DNA of 64,000 nucleotides from NCBI GenBank assembly GCA_964035545.1, contig CAXIUT010000230.1, positions 1,488,001 through 1,552,000 on the forward strand, written 5' to 3'. Under the pieces are notes generated by a model. It saw nothing but the letters and a program-made list of their open reading frames with translations, was not told the origin of the DNA and did no database searches. Every line of letters begins with the position of its first letter. Within the stretch, counting starts at the first letter, position 1. Below, piece by piece: positions 48,101 to 61,280 of the stretch. This DNA is from Bugula neritina. Its lineage: Eukaryota; Animalia; Bryozoa. The position numbers and the translations under genes were made by a program.

Positions 48101-51100
48101 GAAATACACTGCAACATACTGCAACATACTGTAACATACTGAAATACACTGTAACATACTGAAATACACTGCAACACCTTAAAAAATACTGCAACATACT
48201 TAAACATACGGCAACATACTGAAATATACTGCAACATACTGAAATACACTCTAACATATTGAAATATACTGCAACATACTGAAATACATTATAACATATT
48301 GAAATATGCTGTAGCATACTGAAATACACTGCCACACACTGAAGTATACTGTAATATACAGAAATGTACTGTAACATACTGAAACATACGGCAACATACC
48401 GAAATAAACTGCGACACGTTGAAAATTACTGCAACATACTGAAATATACTGCAAATGATGCACATACTGAAATACAATGTGACACACTGAAATACCCTGC
48501 AACATACTGCAACATACTGCAACATACAGAAATACACTGTAACATATTGAAATACACTGCAACACATTGAAATATACTGCAACACACGGAACCATTCGGC
48601 AACATACCGAAATATACTGCGACACAGTGAAAAATACGGCAACATACTGAAATATACTGCAAATGATGCACATACTGAAACACAATGTGACACACTGAAA
48701 TACACTGCAACATACTGCAACATACTGCAACATACTGAAATACACTGTAACATATTGGAATACACTGCATAATACTGCAACATACTGAAATACACTGGAA
48801 CATATTGATATACACTGCAACACATTGAAATATTCTGTAACATAATGAAACATACCGGAACATACTGCAACGTAATAAAATATAGTGTAACACACTGAAA
48901 TACACTGCAACATAATGCAACATAGTGTACCATACTGAAATACACTGTAACATATCGAATTACACTGCAACATACTGCAACATAGTGAAATATACTGCAA
49001 CAAACTGCAACATACTGAAATACGCTGCAACATACTGAAACACATTGCAACACATTAAAATATACTGCAAAATACTGAAACATACTGCAACATACTGAAA
49101 GGTACTGCAACATACTGAAATACACTATAACATATTGAAATATACTACAACATACTGAATTACACCCTAACATACTGAAATATGCTGTAGCATACTGAAA
49201 TACACTGCAATACACTGAAGTATACTGTAATACACTGAAATGTAATGCAACATACTGAATTATACTGCAACATAGTGCAACATACTGAAATACACCACAA
49301 CATACTGCAACATACTGAAATACACTGGAACATATTGAAATACACTGCGACACTCTGGAATATACTGCAACACACTGAAACATACGGCAACATACCGAAA
49401 TAAACTGCGACACGTTGAAAATTACTGCAACATACTGAAATATACTGCAAATGATGCACATACTGAAATACAATGTGACACACTGAAATACCCTGCAACA
49501 TACTGCAACATACTGCAACATACAGAAATACACTGTAACATATTGAAATACACTGCATAATACTGCAACATACTGAAATACACTGGAACATATTGATATA
49601 CACTGCAACACATTGAAATATTCTGTAACATAATGAAACATACCGGAACATACTGCAACGTAATAAAATATAGTGTGACACACTGAAATATACGGCAACA
49701 TACCGAAATATACTGCGACACGTTGAAAAATACTGCAACATACTGAAATATACTGCAAGTGGTGCAACATACTGAAATACACTGTGACACAGTAAAATAC
49801 ACTGCAACATAATGCAACATACTGTACCATACTGAAATACACTGTAACATATCGAATTACACTGCAACATACTGCAACATAGTGAAATATACTGCAACAA
49901 ACTGCAACATACTGAAATACACTGCAACATACTGAAATACATTGCAACACATTAAAATATACTGCAAAATACTGAAACATACTGCAACATGCTGAAATAT
50001 ACTGCAACATACTGAAATACACTATAACATATTGAAATATACTGCAACATACTGAATTACACTCTAACAAACTGAAATATGCTGTAGCATACTGAATTAC
50101 ACTGCAACACAGTGGAGTATACTGTAATACACTGAAATGTACTGCAACATACTGAACTATACTGCAACATACTGAAACATACTGGAACACACTGTAAAAT
50201 AATGAAATATGCTGTAGGACGCTGAAATACACTGCAACATCCTGAAGTATACTGTAATATACTGAAATGTTGTGCAACGTACTGAAAAATAATGCAACGC
50301 GTTGAATTACACTATAACATATTACAATATACCGCAACATACTGAAATGTTCTGTAATATACAGAAATGAACTGTAACATACTGAAATATACTGTAACAC
50401 ACTGAAACATACTCTAACATACCGAAATAGACTGTAACATACTGAAATATACTGCAACATACTTAAATGTACTGCAACATACTGAAATATGCTGTAGCAT
50501 ATTGAAAGACACTACAACTCACTGAAGTATAGTGTAATATACGGGAATGTACTGCAACATGCCGAAATAAACTGCAACTTACTGAAATACACTGGAACAT
50601 ATTGATATGCACTGCAACACATTGAAATATACTGCAACACACTGAAACATAAGGCAACATAGTGAAATATACTGCGACACATTGGAATATACTGCAACAT
50701 ACTAAAATATACTGCAACATACTGCAACATCCTAAAATACACTGTAACATACTGAAACATACTGCAACATACTGACATATACTGCAACACACTGAAGTAT
50801 ACTGTAATACACTGAAATATAATGCAACATACTGAATTATACTGCAACATAATGCAACATACTGAAATACACCACAACATACTGCAACATACTAAAATAC
50901 ACTGTGATACACTGAAATACACTGCAATATGCTGAAATAAACTGAGACACATTAAAATATACTGCAACACACTGAAATATACTGCAACATACTGCAACAT
51001 ACTAAAATACACTGCAACATACTGCAACATACTGAAATACACTGGGAACATATTGAAATACACTGCGAAACATTAAAATATACTGCAACACACTGAAACA

Positions 51101-53640
51101 TAGGGCAACATACCGAAGTATACTGCGACACGTTGAAAAATACTGCAACATACTGAAATACACTGGGACACACTGAAATACACTGCAACATACTGCAACA
51201 TACTAAAATACACTGGAACTTACTGAAATATACTGCGACATATTGAAATATACAGTAACATACTGAAATATACTTCAACATACTGCAACATACTAAAATA
51301 CACTGTAACATACTGAAATACATTGCAACACATTGAAATATACTGCAACATACTGAAACATACTGCAACGTACTGAAATACACTGTAACATATTGAAATA
51401 CACTGCGACACATTAAAATATACTGCAACACACTGAAACATACGGCAACCTACCGAATTATACTGCGACACGTTGAAAAATACTGCAACATACTGAAATA
51501 TACTGCAAGTAGTGCAACATACTGAAGTACACTGTGACACACTGAAATACACTGCAACACACTGCAACATACTGCAACATACTGAAATACACTGTAACAT
51601 ACTGAAATATACTTCAACATACTGCAACATACTAGAATACACTGTAACATACTGAAATTCATTGCAACACATTGAAATATACTGCAACATACCGAAATGA
51701 ATGGTAAACAAGTGAAATATACTGTGACATGATGAAACATACCGGAACATACTGCAACTTAATAAAATGTACTGTAATACACTGAAATATACTGCAAGAT
51801 ACTGAAATATACTGTGACATACTGAAACCCGTGCAACATACTGAAATACGCTGCAACATACTGAAATATAATGCAAGATACTGCAACATACTGAAATACA
51901 CTATAACACACTGAAATACACTGCAACATACTTAAGTACACTGAAATACACTGTAACATATTGAAATACATCGCAGAACATCGAAATATACTGCAACATA
52001 CAGAAGTATACTGTAATATACTGAAATGTTTTGCAACGTACTGAAATATAATGCAACGCGTTGAATTACACTATAACATATTAAAATATACCGCAACATA
52101 CTGAAATGTAGTGTAATATACAGAAATGAACTGTAACATACTGAAATATACTGTAACACACTGAAACATACTCTAACATACCGAAATAGACTGTAACATA
52201 CTGAAATATACTGCAACATACTGAAATGTACTGCAACATACTGAAATATGCTGTAGCATATTGAAAGACACTACAACTCACTGAAGTATAGTGTAATATA
52301 CGGGAATATACTGCAACATGCCGAAATAAACTGCAACTTACTGAAATACACTGGAACATATTGGTATGCACTGCAACACATTGAAATATACTGCAACACA
52401 CTGAAACATAAGGCAACATACTGAAATACACTGCGACACATTGAAACATACTGCAACATACTAAAATATACTGCAACATACTGCGACATCTTAGAATACA
52501 CTGTAACACACTGAATTACACTGCGACACCTTGAAAAATACTGCAACATACTTAAACATACGGCAACATACTGAAATACACTGCAACATACTGAAAAATA
52601 CTGCAACATACTGAAATATACTGCAAGTGGTGCAACATACTGAAATACACTGTGAGACACTGAAATACACTGCAACATACTGCAACATACTGCAACATAC
52701 TGAGATACACTGTAACATATTGAAATACACTGCAACATACTGCAACATACTGCAACATACTGAAATACACTGGAACTTACTGAAATATACTGCGACACTT
52801 TAAAATATACTGTAACATACTGAAATATACTTCAACATACTCCAACATACTAAAATACACTGTAACATACTGAAATACATTGCAACACATTGAAATATAC
52901 TGCAACATACTGAAACATACTGCAACATACTGAAATATACTGCAACATACTGAATTACACTATAACATATTGAAAAATATTGCAACATACTGAATCACAC
53001 TCTAACATACTGAAATAGGCTGTAGCATACTGAAATACACTGCCACACACTGAAGTATACTGTAATATACAGAAATGTACTGTAACATACTGAAACACAC
53101 GCCTACATACTGAAATGTACTGCAACATACTGAAATATACTGCAACGTAGTGCAACGTACTGAAATACACTGTAACATAATGAATTACATTGCAACACAT
53201 TAAAACATACTGCAACATACTGAAACATACTGCAACATACTGAAATATACTGCAACATATCGAATTACACTCTAAGATACTGAAATATGCTCTAGCATAC
53301 TGAAATACACTGCAACACAGTGGAGTATACTGTAATGCACTGAAATGTACTGCAACATACTGAATTATTCTGCAACATACTGCAACATACTGGAACACAC
53401 TGTAACATAATGAAATATGCTGTAGAACACTGAAATACACTGCCACACACTGAAGTATACTGTAATATACTGAAATGTTATGCAACGTACTGAAAAATAA
53501 TGCAACGCGTTGAATTACACTATAACATATTGAAATATACCGCAACATACTGAAATGTAGTGTAATATACAGAAATGAACTGTAACATACCGAAATAGAC
53601 TGTAACATACTGAAATATACTGCAACATACTGAAATGTAC
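39200..53640 (+). repeat. ~7.1-7.3-kb tandem HOR pair (about 39.2-46.3 kb and 46.3-53.6 kb)
   Basis: Offsets 7129 (39264/46393, 40083/47212), 7299 (40617/47916) and 7307 (41853/49160, 43156/50463, 45648/52955). Shared private SNPs: ACAGAAAAGT (40062/47191) and ACTTAAATGT (43154/50461). Confidence 0.9.
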
Positions 53641-56119
53641 TGCAACATACTGAAATATGCTGTAGCATATTGAAAGACACTACGATTCACTGAAGTATAG
53701 TGTAATATACGGGAATGTATTGCAACATGCCGAAATAAACTGCAACATACTGAAATAAGTGGAACATATTGATATGCACTGCAACACATTGAAATATACT
53801 GCAACACTCTGAAACATAAGGCAACATAGTGAAATATACTGCGACACATTGACATATACTGCAACATACTAAAATAAACTGCAACATACTGCAACATCCT
53901 AGAATACACTGTAACATACTGAAATACACTGCAACACCTTGAAAAACACTGCAACATACTTAAACATACTGCAACATACAACCTACTGAAATATTTTGCA
54001 ACATACTGAAATAATTTATAACATATTGAAATATACTGCAACATACTGACATACAATATAACATATTGAAATATGCTGTAGCATACTAAAATACACTGCC
54101 ACACACTGAAGTATACTGTAATATACAGAAATGTACTGAAACATACTGAAACACACGGCAACATACTGAAATGTACTGCAACATACTGAAATATACTGCA
54201 ACATAGTGCAACATACTGAAACACACTGTAACATAGTGAAATACACTGCAACACATTAAAATATACTGCAACATAACGAAATAAATGGTAAACTAGTGGA
54301 ATATACCGTAACACAATGAAATTGACTGCAAGATGCTGAAATATACTGTAACATACTGAAACACGCTGCCACACACTGAAACATACGGCAACCTACCGAA
54401 ATAAACTGCGACACGTTGAAAATTACTGCAACTTACTAAAATATAAGGCAACGTACTGCAACATACTGAAATACACTGGAACATATTGAAACACACTGCG
54501 ATACATTAAAATATACTGCAACACACTGAAACATAGGGCAACATACCGAAATAAACTGCGACACGTTGAAAATTACTGCAACATACTGAAATATACTGCA
54601 AATGATGCACATACTGAAATACAATGTGACACACTGAAATACCCTGCAACATACTGGAACATACTGCAACATACAGAAATACACTGTAACATATTGAAAT
54701 ACACTGCATAATACTGCAACATACTGAAATACACTGGAACATATTGATATACACTGCAACACATTGAAATATTCTGTAACATAATGAAACATACCGGAAC
54801 ATACTGCAACGTAATAAAATATAGTGTGACACACTGAAATATACGGCAACATACCGAATTATACTGCGACACGTTGAAAAATACTGCAACATACTGAAAC
54901 ATACTGCAAGTGTTGCAACATACTGAAATACACTGTGACACAGTAAAATACACTGCAACATAATGCAACATACTGTACCATACTGAAATACACTGTAACA
55001 TATCGAAATACACTGCAACATACTGCAACATAGTGAAATATACTGCAACAAACTGCAACATACTGAAATACACTGCAACATACTGAAATATACTGCAACA
55101 TACTGAATTACACTCTAACAAACTGAAATATGCTGTAGCATACTGAATTACACTGCAACACAGTGGAGTATACTGTAATATACTGAAATGTACTGCAACA
55201 TACTGAACTATACTGCAACATACTGAAACATACTGGAACACACTGTAAAATAATGAAATATGCTGTAGGACGCTGAAATACACTGCAACATCCTGAAGTA
55301 TACTGTAATATACTGAAATGTTGTGCAACGTACTGAAAAATAATGCAACGCGTTGAATTACACTATAACATATTACAATATACCGCAACATACTGAAATG
55401 TTCTGTAATATACAGAAATGAACTGTAACATACTGAAATATACTGTAACACACTGAAACATACTCTAACATACCGAAATAGACTGTAACATACTGAAATA
55501 TACTGCAACATACTGAAATGTACTGCAACATACTGAAATATGCTGTAGCATATTGAAAGACACTACAACTCACTGAAGTATAGTGTAATATACGGGAATG
55601 TACTGCAACATGCCGAAATAAACTGCAACTTACTGAAATACACTGGAACATATTGATATGCACTGCAACACATTGAAATATACTGCAACACACTGAAACA
55701 TAAGGCAACATAGTGAAATATACTGCGACACATTGGAATATACTGCAACATACTAAAATATACTGCAACATACTGCAACATCCTAAAATACACTGTAACA
55801 TACTGAAACATACTGCAACATACTGACATATACTGCAACACACTGAAGTATACTGTAATACACTGAAATATAATGCAACATACTGAATTATACTGCAACA
55901 TAATGCAACATACTGAAATACACCACAACATACTGCAACATACTAAAATACACTGTGATACACTGAAATACACTGCAACATGCTGAAATAAACTGAGACA
56001 CATTAAAATATACTGCAACACACTGAAATATACTGCAACATACTGCAACATACTAAAATACACTGGGAACATATTGAAATACACTGCGAAACATTAAAAT
56101 ATACTGCAACACACTGAAA

Positions 56120-59100
56120 CATAGGGCAACATACCGAAATAAACTGCGACACGTTGAAAATTACTGCAACATACTGAAATATACTGCAAATGATGCACAT
56201 ACTGAAATACAATGTGACACACTGAAATACCCTGCAACATACTGCAACATACTGCAACATACAGAAATACACTGTAACATATTGAAATACACTGCATAAT
56301 ACTGCAACATACTGAAATACACTGGAACATATTGATATACACTGCAACACATTGAAATATTCTGTAACATAATGAAACATACCGGAACATACTGCAACGT
56401 AATAAAATATAGTGTGACACACTGAAATATACGGCAACATACCGAAATATACTGCGACACGTTGAAAAATACTGCAACATACTGAAATATACTGCAAGTG
56501 GTGCAACATACTGAAATACACTGTGACACAGTAAAATACACTGCAACATAATGCAACATACTGTACCATACTGAAATACACTGTAACATATCGAATTACA
56601 CTGCAACATACTGCAACATAGTGAAATATACTGCAACAAACTGCAACATACTGAAATACACTGCAACATACTGAAATACATTGCAACACATTAAAATATA
56701 CTGCAAAATACTGAAACATACTGCAACATGCTGAAATATACTGCAACATACTGAAATACACTATAACATATTGAAATATACTGCAACATACTGAATTACA
56801 CTCTAACAAACTGAAATATGCTGTAGCATACTGAATTACACTGCAACACAGTAGAGTATACTGTAATACACTGAAATGTACTGCAACATACTGAACTATA
56901 CTGCAACATACTGAAACATACTGGAACACACTGTAAAATAATGAAATATGCTGTAGGACGCTGAAATACACTGCAATATCCTGAAGTATACTGTAATATA
57001 CTGAAATGTTGTGCAACGTACTGAAAAATAATGCAACGCGTTGAATTACACTATAACATATTACAATATACCGCAACATACTGAAATGTTCTGTAATATA
57101 CAGAAATGAACTGTAACATACTGAAATATACTGTAACACGCTGAAACATACTCTAACATACCGAAATAGACTGTAACATACTGAAATATACTGCAACATA
57201 CTGAAATGTACTGCAACATACTGAAATATGCTGTAGCATATTGAAAGACACTACAACTCACTGAAGTATAGTGTAATATACGGGAATGTACTGCAACATG
57301 CCGAAATAAACTGCAACTTACTGAAATACACTGGAACATATTGATATGCACTGCAACACATTGAAATATACTGCAACACACTGAAACATAAGGCAACATA
57401 GTGAAATATACTGCGACACATTGGAATATACTGCAACATATTAAAATATACTGCAACATACTGCAACATCCTAAAATACACTGTAACATACTGAAACATA
57501 CTGCAACATACTGACATATACTGCAACACACTGAAGTATACTGTAATACACTGAAATATAATGCAACATACTGAATTATACTGCAACATAATGCAACATA
57601 CTGAAATACACCACAACATACTGCAACATACTAAAATACACTGTGATACACTGAAATACACTGCAACATGCTGAAATAAACTGAGACACATTAAAATATA
57701 CTGCAACACACTGAAATATACTGCAACATACTGCAACATACTAAAATACACTGCAACATACTGCAACATACTGAAATACACTGGGAACATATTGAAATAC
57801 ACTGCGAAACATTAAAATATACTGCAACACACTGAAACATAGGGCAACATACCGAAGTATACTGCGACACGTTGAAAAATACTGCAACATACTGAAATAC
57901 ACTGGGACACACTGAAATACACTGCAACATACTGCAACATACTGAAATACACTGGAACTTACTGAAATATACTGCGACATATTGAAATATACAGTAAAAT
58001 ACTGAAATATACTTCAACATACTGCAACATACTAAAATACACTGTAACATACTGAAATACATTGCAACACATTGAAATATACTGCAACATACTGAAACAT
58101 ACTGCAACGTACTGAAATACACTGTAACATATTGAAATACACTGCGACACATTAAAATATACTGCAACACACTGAAACATACGGCAACCTACCGAATTAT
58201 ACTGCGACACGTTGAAAATTACTGCAACATACTGAAATATACTGCAAGTAGTGCAACATACTGAAGTACACTGTGACACACTGAAATACACTGCAACACA
58301 CTGCAACATACTGCAACATACTGAAATACACTGTAACATACTGAAATATACTTCAACATACTGCAACATACTAGAATACACTGTAACATACTGAAATTCA
58401 TTGCAACACATTGAAATATACTGCAACATACCGAAATGAATGGTAAACAAGTGAAATATACTGTGACATGATGAAACATACCGGAACATACTGCAACTTA
58501 ATAAAATGTACTGTAATACACTGAAATATACTGCAAGATACTGAAATATACTGTGACATACTGAAACCCGTGCAACATACTGAAATACGCTGCAACATAC
58601 TGAAATATACTGCAAGATACTGCAACATACTGAAATACACTATAACACACTGAAATACACTGCAACATACTGAAGTACACTGAAATACACTGTAACATAT
58701 TGAAATACATCGCAGAACATCGAAATATACTGCAACATACAGAAGTATACTGTAATATACTGAAATGTTTTGCAACGTACTGAAAAATAATGCAACGCGT
58801 TGAATTGCACTATAACATATTAAAATATACCGCAACATACTGAAATGTAGTGTAATATACAGAAATGAACTGTAACATACTGAAATATACTGTAACACAC
58901 TGAAACATACTCTAACATACCGAAATAGACTGTAACATACTGAAATATACTGCAACATACTGAAATGTACTGCAACATACTGAAATATGCTGTAGCATAT
59001 TGAAAGACACTACAACTCACTGAAGTATAGTGTAATATACGGGAATATACTGCAACATGCCGAAATAAACTGCAACTTACTGAAATACACTGGAACATAT

Positions 59101-61280
59101 TGATATGCACTGCAACACATTGAAATATACTGCAACACACTGAAACATAAGGCAACATACTGAAATACACTGCGACACATTGAAACATACTGCAACATAC
59201 TAAAATATACTGCAACATACTGCGACATCTTAGAATACACTGTAACACACTGAATTACACTGCGACACCTTGAAAAATACTGCAACATACTTAAACATAC
59301 GGCAACATACTGAAATACACTGCAACATACTGAAAAATACTGCAACATACTGAAATATACTGCAAGTGGTGCAACATACTGAAATACACTGTGAGACACT
59401 GAAATACACTGCAACATACTGCAACATACTGCAACATACTGAGATACACTGTAACATATTGAAATACACTGCAACATACTGCAACATACTGCAACATACT
59501 GAAATACACTGGAACTTACTGAAATATACTGCGACACTTTAAAATATACTGTAACATACTGAAATATACTTCAACATACTCCAACATACTAAAATACACT
59601 GTAACATACTGAAATACATTGCAACACATTGAAATATACTGCAACATACTGAAACATACTGCAACATACTGAAATATACTGCAACATACTGAATTACACT
59701 ATAACATATTGAAATATATTGCAACATACTGAATCACACTCTAACATACTGAAATAGGCTGTAGCATACTGAAATACACTGCCACACACTGAAGTATACT
59801 GTAATATACAGAAATGTACTGTAACATACTGAAACACACGCCTACATACTGAAATGTACTGCAACATACTGAAATATACTGCAACGTAGTGCAACGTACT
59901 GAAATACACTGTAACATAATGAATTACATTGCAACACATTAAAACATACTGCAACATACTGAAACATACTGCAACATACTGAAATATACTGCAACATATC
60001 GAATTACACTCTAAGATACTGAAATATGCTCTAGCATACTGAAATACACTGCAACACAGTGGAGTATACTGTAATGCACTGAAATGTACTGCAACATACT
60101 GAATTATACTGCAACATACTGCAGCATACTGGAACACACTGTAACATAATGAAATATGCTGTAGAACACTGAAATACACTGCCACACACTGAAGTATACT
60201 GTTATATACTGAAATGTTATGCAACGTACTGAAAAATAATGCAACGCGTTGAATTACACTATAACATATTGAAATATACCGCAACATACTGAAATGTAGT
60301 GTAATATACAGAAATGAACTGTAACATACCGAAATAGACTGTAACATACTGAAATATACTGCAACATACTGAAGTGTACTGCAACATACTGAAATATGCT
60401 GTAGCATATTGAAAGACACTACGATTCACTGAAGTATAGTGTAATATACGGGAATGTATTGCAACATGCCGAAATAAACTGCAACATACTGAAATAAGTG
60501 GAACATATTGATATGCACTGCAACACATTGAAATATACTGCAACACTCTGAAACATAAGGCAACATAGTGAAATATACTGCGACACATTGAAATATACTG
60601 CAACATACTAAAATATACTGCAACATACTGCAACATCCTAGAATACACTGTAACATACTGAAATACACTGCAACACCTTGAAAAACACTGCAACATACTT
60701 AAACATACTGCAACATACAACCTACTGAAATGTTTTGCAACATACTGAAATACATTATAACATATTGAAATATACTGCAACATACTGAAATACACTATAA
60801 CATATTGAAATATGCTGTAGCATACTGAAATACACTGCCACACACTGAAGTATACTGTAATATACAGAAATGTACTGTAACATACTGAAACACACGGCAA
60901 AATACTGAAATGTACTGCAACATACTGAAATATACTGCAACATAGTGCAACATACTGAAACACACTGTAACATAGTGAAATACACTGCAACACATTGAAA
61001 TATACTGCAACATAACGAAATAAATGGTAAACTAGTGGAATATACTGTAACACAATGAAATTGACTGCAAGATGCTGAAATATACTGTAACATACTGAAA
61101 CACGCTGCCACACACTGAAACATACGGCAACCTACCGAAATAAACTGCGACACGTTGAAAATTACTGCAACTTACTGAAATATACTGCAACGTGCTGCAA
61201 CATACTGAAATACACTGGAACATATTGAAACACACTGCGAAACATTAAAATATACTGCAACACACTGAAACATAGGGCAA
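56120..61280 (+). repeat. Copy of ~49,380-54,540 at offset 6,739, preceded by a partial unit at ~54,500-56,090 (offsets 1,588/1,688)
   Basis: ORF pairs 49422/56161, 50952/57691, 52955/59694, 53520/60259, 54293/61032 (+6739); 54506/56094 (+1588); 55373/57061 (+1688). Confidence 0.9.

Larger units (their letters stand above)
18386..61280 (+). repeat. Domain II variable-length HOR (~4.9-7.3-kb units plus partial 1.7-1.9-kb units)
   Basis: The domain-specific 11-mer ACTGGGAACAT lies at 18623, 24443, 29345, 36224, 38084, 43734, 51041, 56062 and 57780. Matching ORF series: 18534/24354/29256/36135/37995/43645/50952/57691, and ORF ends 23862/28764/35643/37503/43153/50460/55511/57199. Confidence 0.93.

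Noticed and set aside
48364-48570. The single + strand ORF (68 aa)
   Set aside because: It is a translation of the monomers (YCNILKHTATY), kept open by a chance -2 slip within the patched tract.
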